64,000 nt of DNA from Cenarchaeum sp. (GCA_963693095.2 OY843768.1:1088001-1152000), one strand, 5' to 3'. Positions 9,840 through 19,753 are shown, numbered from the stretch's first letter. Made by a program: numbers and translations. The notes: generated from the letters alone by a model not told the origin.

Positions 9840-12623
9840 CTACTTTGCCCCCCCTGGCCGCGCATAGCTGCCAATATCGCCGACCATCTCCACTGTGGGA
9901 TCTTCCTCGCCGTCGGTGGTGCCAATGTACTCTAGTGTGACAGTTTTGCCCGATGCGCTGACTGACACTATGGTAAGTCCACTGCTGAGATCATAGTCAT
10001 CAAGGTCAACCTCGAACTCGTCAACTGACACGTCGTACGTGAGCGTGACCGTGCCATCGCCATGAGCCGTGGATGACAGCACTGGAGGAGACAGTGTCAC
10101 CGGTGACGGGATGTCGGCCGCGCCAGACGCTCCGGCTGCTCCAGATGCGCCGGCCGCGCCAGACGCTCCGGCCAACGACGGTCTGATTCCGGCGATGCTT
10201 GGTAGATCCAGCACATGCACGCTCGTCGACTTGCCCCTGTACTCCGAGGCTGCCATGATCGTGCCCCCCAACGGCTCGAGCGCAAATCCAAAGTGTGTCA
10301 CAGAACCGCCGGGGTTGGAAAATGAACCGACGTGCGCGCCAGTTATTGCGTCGTACGCCGTGATCTGGCCTCCTCCCACAGCATACCTGTCACCGGCATA
10401 CAGGAGCCCGTTGGCAACTGCGAGCCTGCTGCCAAAGTCGCGCGCGCAACACGCGGAAGGCTCTACGGTTCCCGCCAGCGCACCTGACGAGTCATAGTGG
10501 CGCACCTTGCCGACCCATGACGTGCCTGCCCGTATGTACGACTCGCCAACGAATACACCACGAGCATCATCAGGCACGATCGCCTGATGCGCGTACTGTG
10601 TGCCAGTAGTTCCCGGTGAAGCCACGGCAGTCCAGAGCGTGCCAGACGTCCCCACCTTGAAGGCATACACTGCGCCCTTCTTGCCGTTGTGGTCACGCGA
10701 GCCGGCATAGACATACTCGCCCGTGCTGTCCTCAAAGGCGGCGAGCTGCCGTCCGAACTGGTCAGCAGCATCGGCGTCGGGGTTCTCTAGCGTCCAGAGG
10801 AGGGCGCCGTTGGAGACGTTGTAGATGTACACCCTGCCCACATCAGACACCGTTCCGGCGTCGTGTCTGTGGGCGGCAACGGCGATCTTGTCTCCCAACG
10901 AGGCCATGAACGCTCCAAAGGCGTCGCCCGTGCCGCCGCCATCAGCAGTGGCAGACGGGTTTCCTATGGTGCGCACGTGCGAGCCCGTGGCAGGGTTGAA
11001 GACCTGCACGCTGCCGACAAACCTGCCGGCCGCATCATATCCGCGGGCGCCTACGGCGACGGCCGGAGCGCCATCCACACCGTCAACTGTGGCGATCGAC
11101 CCACCAAAGTACTGGTAGGCGCGCTGCGTTGGCGCATAGTGGAGCGTCCTGTCCAAGACCCCGTCATTGGAGCCGTACACGTGGACCGCGCCAGCCCTGG
11201 ACTTGCTGTCCTTTTCAAATAGCGTGTTGCTCACGAAGAGCAGGTCGCCCGAGTGACCCAGCTGGTGCCCAAACCCGTTTGCCCACAGCGCTGGCGCCGA
11301 GGGGGGCGAGATCGTGCGCAATATGCGGTTTGAAACCACGGTGATGTCCTGCGTGGCAGATGCCGAGTTTCCCCAGTCGTCAGTGGCAGTCCACGTGACA
11401 GTCGTGGTTCCTAGCGGGAGCGAGGACGGCGCATCAGAGGTGATCGACACAGATGCGTCAACCAGGTCCGTCGCAGTCGCAGCACCGATATCCACGGACG
11501 AGAGGGTCACTGGGACAGCCGAGTCAATCAGTACGTCCTGTGGTGGAGTGACTGTCGGTGGTGTCGTGTCAACTACTGCCACTGCCTGCGTCGTCGACCG
11601 GACATTGCCTCCGGAATCCGTGGCTGTCCACAGTATGCGATGTAATCCAGGCGCGAGCGGAGCATTCAGGTTGTTTGTCACCCGGATCGTGGACGGGGCA
11701 GCCGCGTCGACTGCAGTGGCACTTCCAAGATCTGATGCCGAGATGGCCGTCATTGGCGCCGTCGCCTCGATGACGCGCGGTGGTGGTGCGGTAAGCACTG
11801 GGGACGTCGTGTCGATGACGAGTATCCTCTGGATGCCGGAGCTCGAGTTGCCCGAGCCGTCCGTGGCGGTCCACTCCACGAGGGTTTTGCCAAGTGGGAA
11901 TGTCTGCGTCGCGTTGCTTGTTATCGAGATCGAGGCGGCGGGTGTGGCCAAGTCAGTCGCAGTCGCCGAGCCGTACTGCGTCGCAGTCATTGGCGTCATT
12001 GGAGCCGACGCCTGATGGAGATACGGGCCGGGAATCCTCACCACAGGCGGCGTTGTGTCCGCCACGTAGATGCAGCCTGATGCTGAGGATGTGTTGTTTA
12101 GGTTGTCCGTCGCTGTCCACGTTATCGTGGTCTTGCCCAGTGGAAATCCCGCTGGCGGCGCGTTGGTGGTGACTGACTTTACACCAGACGGTCCGTCGAC
12201 TACGATCGTGGTGTCGTATTTGGACGACGGTATATTTGTGAGCACTCCTGTCGCCTCAAACTCAAGGCACGGGGGCAGCGTGATAGTCGGGCCTCTGGTG
12301 TCCCTGAGCGTGATCTTTTGCGTGTCTGTTGCCGTCTCACCTGCGACTGCGGCAGTCCACGTTATCGTCGTCGTACCCAGAGCAAAGTATCGCGGAGCGT
12401 CGTTTGTGATAATTATCGCATCGGTGCTGTTGCTAGTTGCAGTGGCAGTACCGATGTCCGAGGCTCGGACGTGCGTCGTTGGACTGTATGCCTCAAACGT
12501 TCTGTCCGGCGGGGCAGCTATGATCAGAGCCTCGGCGTGCGCAGTGGCCACGAACATGACGGCAACTAGGGCCAGTAGCGACATTGCAGCTACGGGAGCC
12601 AAATGAGCTGTCCTGACCAGCAT
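9840..12623 (-). CDS. Secreted HYR-domain / FG-GAP-like beta-propeller surface protein
   Basis: Signal peptide; about 5 HYR-like repeats; FG...GAVHVY/GRVYIY propeller blades; (AGASGA)3 linker; C-terminal domain similar to one in the adjacent paralog. Confidence 0.87.
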   Translation of the reverse strand: MLVRTAHLAPVAAMSLLALVAVMFVATAHAEALIIAAPPDRTFEAYSPTTHVRASDIGTATATSNSTDAIIITNDAPRYFALGTTTITWTAAVAGETATDTQKITLRDTRGPTITLPPCLEFEATGVLTNIPSSKYDTTIVVDGPSGVKSVTTNAPPAGFPLGKTTITWTATDNLNNTSSASGCIYVADTTPPVVRIPGPYLHQASAPMTPMTATQYGSATATDLATPAASISITSNATQTFPLGKTLVEWTATDGSGNSSSGIQRILVIDTTSPVLTAPPPRVIEATAPMTAISASDLGSATAVDAAAPSTIRVTNNLNAPLAPGLHRILWTATDSGGNVRSTTQAVAVVDTTPPTVTPPQDVLIDSAVPVTLSSVDIGAATATDLVDASVSITSDAPSSLPLGTTTVTWTATDDWGNSASATQDITVVSNRILRTISPPSAPALWANGFGHQLGHSGDLLFVSNTLFEKDSKSRAGAVHVYGSNDGVLDRTLHYAPTQRAYQYFGGSIATVDGVDGAPAVAVGARGYDAAGRFVGSVQVFNPATGSHVRTIGNPSATADGGGTGDAFGAFMASLGDKIAVAAHRHDAGTVSDVGRVYIYNVSNGALLWTLENPDADAADQFGRQLAAFEDSTGEYVYAGSRDHNGKKGAVYAFKVGTSGTLWTAVASPGTTGTQYAHQAIVPDDARGVFVGESYIRAGTSWVGKVRHYDSSGALAGTVEPSACCARDFGSRLAVANGLLYAGDRYAVGGGQITAYDAITGAHVGSFSNPGGSVTHFGFALEPLGGTIMAASEYRGKSTSVHVLDLPSIAGIRPSLAGASGAAGASGAAGASGAADIPSPVTLSPPVLSSTAHGDGTVTLTYDVSVDEFEVDLDDYDLSSGLTIVSVSASGKTVTLEYIGTTDGEEDPTVEMVGDIGSYARPGGAK

Positions 12624-12985
12624 GACCCGCCGTGCCCACTACGATATATTAGCATGACGTGCCTGCAGGCCGCGCTCACGCATGGAACATGGCGAATCCC
12701 GCAGGTCACCTGCCAGGTGTTTTGTGTCCCCTGCCCAACACGCCGGACCACCAGGTCACAGACGGCGGCACGTCGGCCAGCGCCACATGACTCCTGTGGA
12801 TTGACACAGGTAGCGGGTAGCGAGGAGAAGCCAGCCATGGAGCACAGTCCAGTCTCGCCAGTGTTTCACACATTGCGCCGCAAGGACACGCGCTGCACGA
12901 CGCCTGCCAGAGACGCAGAAACGCACATCAGCGCGAAACCAACACCTTCATCGCCAACACGTCACGCCAGTGCGCACAGCGAGCG

Positions 12986-13828
12986 CTAGCCGTAGGACTC
13001 GAACTTTACCTCAAAGGAGCCATCGGCCCGCTTGTCGCGCTGTGTCACAAATCCGGACGGCTTTAGATAGTCCATCGAGCCGTCTATTGTCCCCTGCCAG
13101 CCGCAGATGTAGAACATTGTGTTCTCTTTTGTGATCTTTTCGCCGACGAGCTTTTCGAGCGGCGAGCGGCCGTCCTCGCCGGGGCGCAGGAACGTCTCGA
13201 CCCTGCCCGTGTGGCCGCCCCATGACCGGTTGAACCACTCTTGCGGGCGGCTGATCGCGGCCCTGTAGGTAAAGTTCCACTTGTCGCGCCCGCGATCGAG
13301 GCTCTCGTGCTCTAGGTCCGTAAAGAGCGACTTGTAGCTAAGCTCGTCAACATAGCTTGCGCCGTGGAGAACGACGATCTCGCGCCTGTCCCCCACATCA
13401 CGAAGGTGGGACGCAAAGCTCGCAAAAGGCGCAATCCCCGTGCCGCCTCCGATGCACACAATCCGGCGATCATCGCGACGGCCGTCAGGAAGCTTGTCAT
13501 TGATGAGCAGCGCGGCGCCAGTCGGGCGTATCCAGCTGACCTCGTCGCCCTCTTTTGCGTTAAAGAGCTGCGTCGTGAGCCTCCCAGGGAGGGGCTTGCG
13601 AACCCAGCGTATGACTAGCTCGATGTACTTGCGGTTCTCTGGATGCGAGGCAATAGAGTAGGCCCGCCGGATCAAGTTCTTCTCGCCGGGCACGTTCATG
13701 CCCAGCGTGATGAACTGGCCGGCCTTGTACTCGGGAACCTCGCCGTCGTTGGGCACTAGGCGGAATATTCCGAGATCCTCCTTTAGGAGCTGCACGTATG
13801 TCAGCGTCGCCTTGTTGTCCGTGACCAT
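12986..13828 (-). CDS. fpr: Ferredoxin--NADP+ reductase
   Basis: RRAYSIAS FAD motif, GRLT, GGGTGIAPF, YICG; start placed at MVTDNKA (13828) with TTTAA about 25 nt upstream. Confidence 0.9.
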   Translation of the reverse strand: MVTDNKATLTYVQLLKEDLGIFRLVPNDGEVPEYKAGQFITLGMNVPGEKNLIRRAYSIASHPENRKYIELVIRWVRKPLPGRLTTQLFNAKEGDEVSWIRPTGAALLINDKLPDGRRDDRRIVCIGGGTGIAPFASFASHLRDVGDRREIVVLHGASYVDELSYKSLFTDLEHESLDRGRDKWNFTYRAAISRPQEWFNRSWGGHTGRVETFLRPGEDGRSPLEKLVGEKITKENTMFYICGWQGTIDGSMDYLKPSGFVTQRDKRADGSFEVKFESYG

Positions 13829-14100
13829 ATGCGCCACTCGCGCCGCTCGCGCCGTTAAATACCTTGTGAGCGCCACGGGCAACGGTGGGCCGGACAGGCC
13901 TTGCGTGTGGCCATAATGCCCAGGGCTCCCCATAGGGTCAGACGGCAGGCCAGCCATGGGCAGGCTCCACGTGCGGGTCTCCCACGGGGCACGACTGCCC
14001 CGGGATGCAAAGGTCCCTGTGGGGCACCCCATGCTACGGGCATGGCCAAGCTGCGCGCGCGTTAAAGCCTTAAAATACCGCCGCAGCGCGCCCGTGCGCC

Positions 14101-14511
14101 GTGTCAAAGCCAGCAGACCTAGGATCGCTAAAGGTGGGCTCGTACATACTCTTGCCCGTCTCTGACCAGCCCACCGGCGAGGCGTGCAGGATTGTAGAGT
14201 ATGACACGAGCAAGCCAGGCAAGCACGGCTCGGCCAAGGCAAGAATCGTCGGCGTCGGCGTCTTTGACGGCCAAAAGCGCCCGCACGTCGGGCCGGTGAG
14301 CATGCAGATTCACGTCCCCCTGATCGACAAGCGGACCGCGCAGGTCATATCGATCAGCGGCGAGACGATACAGATCATGGACTCTGAGACCTTTGAGACC
14401 ATAGATGTCACGATGGTCGACGACGAGATAAAGGGCACAGTCGAGAACGGCCAGAACGTAGAGTACTGGACCGTCATGGGCATGACTAAAATAATGCGCG
14501 TCAGGGGCTGA
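14101..14511 (+). CDS. eif5a: Translation factor aIF-5A (eIF5A)
   Basis: SKPGKHGSAK hypusination motif; TTAAAATA box about 25 nt upstream of the GTG. Confidence 0.97.
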   Translation: MSKPADLGSLKVGSYILLPVSDQPTGEACRIVEYDTSKPGKHGSAKARIVGVGVFDGQKRPHVGPVSMQIHVPLIDKRTAQVISISGETIQIMDSETFETIDVTMVDDEIKGTVENGQNVEYWTVMGMTKIMRVRG

Positions 14512-14604
14512 GCGCAGCGCCGATGAAATGCGGAAAAGCCATCTGATGATGATGAGGATTATGAGTTACGAGGCGCCATGCCACCTGCAGGGTTTAGGGG
14601 CGGC

Positions 14605-15291
14605 GTGAGGCTAGCTGCGCTAATGTCAGGTGGCAAGGACAGCGCGTATGCGGCGCATCTTGCGAGCTCTAGCGGGCACGATATCGCCTGCATTGTCGGC
14701 GCGCTGCCAGAGAGCGGCGAGAACATGGTATATCACCACCCCAACGCGCAGCACGTTGCGCTGCACGCCGAGGCCATGGGCGTGCCGCTAGTCAGCTTTG
14801 CCGCACCGGCCGCCGACGGTGACGCACTAGCACTTGCGCTCGCCGAGGCTGTGCGCGAGCACGATATTGACGGAGTTGTCCACGGCGGGATCAGCAGCGC
14901 GTTTCAGCGCGACACGTTTGCGGCGGCAGCCAAGAGTGCGGGCATTCAGGCCATTGCGCCCCTGTGGGGGCACGGCGGCGTTGCGCACCTGCGCGCGCTC
15001 CTCGCCGCGCAGTTTAGGTTTGTCATAGTCGCCGTCTCAGCCGGCGGCCTCGGGGCCGAGTGGCTTGGGGTCGAGGTGACTGACGGGGCAGTCCATAGGC
15101 TAGGGCGCCTCGCCGAAGAGTTTGGCTTTGACGCGTCATTTGAGGGCGGCGAGGCCGAGACGTTTGTCACCGAGTGCCCGCTCTTTGCGCGCGCGATCGA
15201 GATTCGCGGCGCGACGGCGACGTGGGACGGGTACAGGGGAAGGTTTGAAATAGAGGACGCGGCCCTGCGCGCGCCATGCTCGACTCGCTAA
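14605..15291 (+). CDS. dph6: Diphthine--ammonia ligase (Dph6, PP-loop ATPase)
   Basis: SGGKDS PP-loop, PLWG, EGGEAETFV; alternative start at 14578. Confidence 0.9.
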   Translation: MRLAALMSGGKDSAYAAHLASSSGHDIACIVGALPESGENMVYHHPNAQHVALHAEAMGVPLVSFAAPAADGDALALALAEAVREHDIDGVVHGGISSAFQRDTFAAAAKSAGIQAIAPLWGHGGVAHLRALLAAQFRFVIVAVSAGGLGAEWLGVEVTDGAVHRLGRLAEEFGFDASFEGGEAETFVTECPLFARAIEIRGATATWDGYRGRFEIEDAALRAPCSTR

Positions 15292-16598
15292 AGACAGGCC
15301 TTCGCGCGGCGATAAAAAAGGTCGTCTCGGCCGGCGGAGTCGACGCCGAGCTCATAAAGGACCTCTCGCGCGACGTTCAGAGGGCCCTCCTCCAGGCCGA
15401 CGTTGACGTAAAGATCGTCATCGCCGTGACAAAGCGCATAGAGGAGAGGGCGACGAACGAAAAGCCCCCGCCGGGCCTTCCGCGAAAGGACCACATCATC
15501 AAGATACTCTATGACGAGGTCGCCGCGATGCTCGGGCGCGACTCAGAGTTTGAGTTCAAGGCCGGCACGCAGACGAGGATACTCATGCTCGGCATACAGG
15601 GGAGCGGCAAGACGACGACTGCCGCAAAGCTTGCGATGCACCTGACGAAAAACGGCTACAAGGTCGCCGCAGTCGGCGCAGACACGCACAGGCCGGGCGC
15701 ACTAGAGCAGCTACGCGACATGTGCTCCAGGGCACACGTTGACGTGTACGGCGAGGAGGGAAACGCCGATGCGACAGCCATTGTGTCAGCCGGACTAAAG
15801 CACCACGGTGATGCGCCAGACGTGATAATAATTGACACTGCGGGCAGGCACAAGGAGGAGGGCGCGCTCCTCGAGGAGATGAAGACGATGGCAAAGGCGG
15901 CAAGCCCAGACCTGGTCCTCCTTGTCGTGGACGGGACGATGGGCAGGCAGTGCGGCGCGCAGGCCGCCGCGTTCCACGCGGCAGCAAAGGTCGGCGGCAT
16001 TGCGATAACAAAGCTAGACAGCACGGCCAAGGGCGGCGGTGCGCTTGCTGCGGCAAGCGAGACTGGCGCGCGCGTCATGTATATCGGCACGGGCGAGCGC
16101 ATCGGCGACCTCGAGCGCTTTTCGTCCACGAGGTTTGTCGGCAGGCTGCTCGGCATGGGCGACGTGCAGGCGGTCCTCGACATGGCAAAGAAGCTCGAGG
16201 AGAACGCCAGCGGTGACAGCATAAAGAGGATGGCGCGCGGCAAGATGAACATGGATGACTTTTACTCGCAGCTTGAGGGAATGGCCAGCGGAGGATCGCT
16301 GCGCGGCATGATAGAGTCAATGCCCGGCTTTGCCGGAAGCGTAAAGGAGGGCCAGCTCGACAACATGGAGGAAAAGGTCGCGCGCTGGCGCCACATCATA
16401 CAGAGCATGACGCGCGCCGAAAAGGACGATCCCGACTCGATAAACTCGTCTCGCGCAAAGAGGATCGCGCGCGGGAGCGGCTCGACTGAGCACGACGTGA
16501 AGGACCTCCTGAAGAACTTCAAGAACTCAAAGGGCATGATGAAGGCCTCTGGCGGGCGCCAGATGCAGGGCTTTCTCAGAAAGATGGGCCTCGGCTAG
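15276..16598 (+). CDS. srp54: Signal recognition particle protein SRP54
   Basis: ALLQADV, GIQGSGKTT, DTAGRH, TKLD, Met-rich M domain, RIARGSG. Confidence 0.97.
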   Translation: MLDSLKTGLRAAIKKVVSAGGVDAELIKDLSRDVQRALLQADVDVKIVIAVTKRIEERATNEKPPPGLPRKDHIIKILYDEVAAMLGRDSEFEFKAGTQTRILMLGIQGSGKTTTAAKLAMHLTKNGYKVAAVGADTHRPGALEQLRDMCSRAHVDVYGEEGNADATAIVSAGLKHHGDAPDVIIIDTAGRHKEEGALLEEMKTMAKAASPDLVLLVVDGTMGRQCGAQAAAFHAAAKVGGIAITKLDSTAKGGGALAAASETGARVMYIGTGERIGDLERFSSTRFVGRLLGMGDVQAVLDMAKKLEENASGDSIKRMARGKMNMDDFYSQLEGMASGGSLRGMIESMPGFAGSVKEGQLDNMEEKVARWRHIIQSMTRAEKDDPDSINSSRAKRIARGSGSTEHDVKDLLKNFKNSKGMMKASGGRQMQGFLRKMGLG

Positions 16599-16619
16599 TC
16601 GTTCGGTCCGCGTATCGCG

Positions 16620-18149
16620 CTATGACAGGAGCAGGAGGAGCATGGACAGAGGCACTGCCGTATAGTCGCGCCGTATTTCATACGTGCCCTTTGTCGCCAC
16701 AATTCCGCGGCTCGCATCAGTCGCGTCAATAAAGCTCGACATGCCGCCGAGTAGGCGGCGGTCCACGTGCTCGACATACTTTGACTCTATGGGCACGGGC
16801 GTTGAGCGCGGTTCGCGGTATACAAAGTCGACCTCGCGTGCCGCATCATCACGCCAGTGAAACAAGCGATCAGAGACGGCGGACTGCATCATGTTGCTTG
16901 ACTTTGAGAGTGCCTTCCTGGCGAGGTGGTCGGCCAGGATGCACTCGGCCATGTGTCCCATGCTCGACGCGTCAGACACGTACTCGGTAGCCAACGTGTA
17001 ATAGTCACGGTCTGCTGACCACGCATTTAGCGCATGCAGAAAGAATGGGTCACGGACATGGATTTTTTTGAGTTTTTTATAGTGCATCCTATCATGGCGC
17101 TCGTCATACGTGTACGTGAGGAGTGCAACATACATGTCCCGCAAAGCCATTGCATAGCCCTCTGCAGTCGCACCATTTGGAATATCGAGTTTTTTGGCCA
17201 TCCCGTTCCACGATATTGTGCCCCCAATACCCCTGATAACAAATTCGGCATATCGTTTAAGACGATCTTGTTCGTAGTTCATTCTAGACCATTCAAACAT
17301 TATACTTTGTTGATATTCCTGATAAAAATTATCTTTAATTGACCCATGCTCCATTATCTGATTTGTGATTTTCGGAATGCCGCCAGATAGCACATACTGT
17401 CGCAAAGCAACATCGAATTCTCCGTACATCATGTATAGATTTTTCAGGATCTGATCCTCATGGCCTAAGACCAGTTTGTTCCATAGTGTAGATCGCACAT
17501 CCAGATTGCACATACCACTGTTATTCATGAATTTTCTTAATGGAGTACTTGTCACTGTAGCGTATTCCAAAAATCCCATCGGAAGCAATGATCGATAATT
17601 TCCTCCTGGAACCATTCCCTTTCTTCCAATAAGGCTTTCAGTTGCACGCGTTAGGTCGATGGCATTGGATCCTGTTACGACAAGTGCACAGTTGTCCAAA
17701 ACCCTCATGTTAGAGAGCTCCAATATGGCATATTGCCAGTCTTTTATCATGGAAATTTCGTCAATAAAGATGTACGAACGACTATCCTCATGCTGCAGGC
17801 GCGTTAGATCAAAGTAGTCAAGAATGATCTGCACAAGATCCTGCATCGCATGACGACCACCAATGGAGAAATAGCAAACACGCATTGGCATGACGTCCCT
17901 GGCAAGAAGATCGCGGATCAGGAGCTTTGCCAGGGTCGTCTTGCCAACCTGCCTAGAGCCCCTAACCGTGTACAGCACGGTCTTGTCCGCATCAAGGCCA
18001 TCGCGCATAGCCGCAAACAGTGCCGGAACGTATCGAGCCTTCGAGTCAGCCCATTGTGCGATATGGTAATCAAAACCGATTGCGCCCGGCTCATTCCACC
18101 ACGGGTTGAACGAGCGCAGAAATTGTTCGTGTTTAGCTGGCAAGGCCAT
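16620..18149 (-). CDS. AAA_14/DUF4143 (COG1373-type) ATP-binding protein with C-terminal PD-(D/E)xK-like motif
   Basis: NPWW, Walker A GSRQVGKTT, Walker B IFIDEI, VTGS, Y-x-x-x-GG-x-P, KKIHVRDP, EVDFV...PIESKY; alternative start at 18194. Confidence 0.9.
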   Translation of the reverse strand: MALPAKHEQFLRSFNPWWNEPGAIGFDYHIAQWADSKARYVPALFAAMRDGLDADKTVLYTVRGSRQVGKTTLAKLLIRDLLARDVMPMRVCYFSIGGRHAMQDLVQIILDYFDLTRLQHEDSRSYIFIDEISMIKDWQYAILELSNMRVLDNCALVVTGSNAIDLTRATESLIGRKGMVPGGNYRSLLPMGFLEYATVTSTPLRKFMNNSGMCNLDVRSTLWNKLVLGHEDQILKNLYMMYGEFDVALRQYVLSGGIPKITNQIMEHGSIKDNFYQEYQQSIMFEWSRMNYEQDRLKRYAEFVIRGIGGTISWNGMAKKLDIPNGATAEGYAMALRDMYVALLTYTYDERHDRMHYKKLKKIHVRDPFFLHALNAWSADRDYYTLATEYVSDASSMGHMAECILADHLARKALSKSSNMMQSAVSDRLFHWRDDAAREVDFVYREPRSTPVPIESKYVEHVDRRLLGGMSSFIDATDASRGIVATKGTYEIRRDYTAVPLSMLLLLLS

Positions 18150-18268
18150 ATACCGACGGCGCAAAATTGCTTTATATATTAATGTCTGCCACATAACGAT
18201 TAAATATAAAATAAATGATTGATTAGCAATTTCAATAATCAGTTCTTTATAATATTCAATATATGATG

Positions 18269-18491
18269 ATGATCATCTCTTTATAAAGTCAGTTCAAGCC
18301 CAATGATCATCTCTTTATAAAGTCGGTTCAAGCCCAATGATCATCTCTTTATAAAGTCGGTTCAAGCCCAATGATCATCTCTTTATAAAGTCGGTTCAAG
18401 CCCAATGATCATCTCTTTATAAAGTCGGTTCAAGCCCAATGATCATCTCTTTATAAAGTCGGTTCAAGCCCAATGATCATCTCTTTATAAA
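18269..18491. repeat. Non-coding 34-bp tandem array (6 full copies plus 1 partial), no spacers
   Basis: ATGATCATCTCTTTATAAAGTCGGTTCAAGCCCA starting at 18269, 18303, 18337, 18371, 18405, 18439 and 18473 (partial); one G>A change in copy 1. Confidence 0.97.
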
Positions 18492-18889
18492 ATCAAGTCC
18501 GCATATGCCCGAGTGTTGGTTGCTGCATGGCCGGAATCTACCCATCAGCACGGACAGGCCCAGTGACGTTCTGCCAGAATCTACAACACTCATCTAGCAA
18601 GAGAACGGTTAGAATATGCAGCACAAAGACTGGCGGTCACAGCCGTGCCAGTTGCCCCCTCACCCAAGAGGGTTAAAACGCTTAAAATGATCAGGCTCGC
18701 GCGAGGCGATGATGTTTGTCTGGCTTGCTGTTGTGACTATACCGATTGCGCTTTTCATGATTGTGGCGTTGCCCCTAGTGGCACAGTTTGTCACCCCTGT
18801 GCCCAGCCCCGAGCCGGCAGCAGTCCCTGCGCCCAGCCCTGTGCACGCCTATACCCTTTAAATCCCCGCCGCGCCCACTCTGCGCCCGC

Positions 18890-19753
18890 ATGGCATCAGG
18901 CATCAGGCGCCTCATATCCCGCAAGTCAGGACTCGTCGTGCCCGGCGTGTACGACGCGCTAGGGGCGCGCCTGGCCAGACTCGCCGGCTTTGAGGCAATG
19001 TTTCAGACCGGATACGGCACGTCCGCGTCCATGCTCGGAATGCCCGACTATGGATTTGCCGGCGCCGGCGAGACTGTCTCCAACGCGTCTCGCGTGTGCC
19101 GTGCCGCTGACGCGCCAGTCATTGTTGATGCCGACACTGGATACGGCAATGCGCTTAGCGTCTGGCGCCTCGTAAAGAGCCTCGAGGCAGCGGGTGCTGC
19201 CGGAATGTTCCTAGAGGACCAGCGCTGGCCAAAGAGGTGCGGCCACATGGCCGGCAAGGAGGTCACCGAGTATGCCGAGTATGCAGAAAAGCTCGGTGCC
19301 GCAATCGACGCGCGCTCCTCAAAGGACTTTGTCATCGTCGCGCGCACCGACGCTCGCGCCGCACTGGGACTGGACGAGGCCATCGAGCGCGGCCGCGCTA
19401 GTCGCAAGCTGGGAGCAGACGCCGTCTTTGTCGAGGCCCCGCAGAACAGATCAGAGATGCGCGCCATAGGGGCCGCCATCGGCGGCCCCCTCGTGGCCAA
19501 CATGATAGAGGGCGGCCGCACGCCGATACTGCCCTCGCGCAAGCTCCACTCTATGGGATTCAACATTGTCCTCTATCCGCTATCGACGCTCTTTGCCAGC
19601 GCGCACGCCACACTCGGCGCGCTGCGGGAGCTAAAGAAGACTGGAACGACGCGCAAGTCATCAAGGTCCATGGTGAACTTTGACTCGTTCAACGAGCTCG
19701 TCGACCTCTCGAGGTATCAGCGCATGGAGCGCCGCTACGCCAAGAGGCGCTAG
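18890..19753 (+). CDS. Isocitrate lyase/PEP mutase family enzyme (methylisocitrate lyase-like)
   Basis: PGVYD, DADTGYG, EDQ-x-x-PKRCGH, IVARTDA; TTTAAAT about 30 nt upstream. Confidence 0.9.
   Translation: MASGIRRLISRKSGLVVPGVYDALGARLARLAGFEAMFQTGYGTSASMLGMPDYGFAGAGETVSNASRVCRAADAPVIVDADTGYGNALSVWRLVKSLEAAGAAGMFLEDQRWPKRCGHMAGKEVTEYAEYAEKLGAAIDARSSKDFVIVARTDARAALGLDEAIERGRASRKLGADAVFVEAPQNRSEMRAIGAAIGGPLVANMIEGGRTPILPSRKLHSMGFNIVLYPLSTLFASAHATLGALRELKKTGTTRKSSRSMVNFDSFNELVDLSRYQRMERRYAKRR

Noticed and set aside
1632-12985. tRNA-Pro-integrated mobile island carrying the surface operon
   Set aside because: The operon lies 5' of the tRNA, no duplicated tRNA 3' end was seen and there is no integrase
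13829-14242. N-terminal 138 aa of the 418-aa FNR ORF
   Set aside because: It overlaps eIF5A on the opposite strand and has no FNR similarity; the real start is probably 13828
18269-18491. CRISPR array
   Set aside because: Units are directly contiguous with no unique spacers, and no cas genes are present in the window
18190-18491. Canonical chromosomal oriC with ORB elements
   Set aside because: No TCCA...GAAA/G-string ORB consensus and no orc1/cdc6 gene adjacent; only the general layout is origin-like
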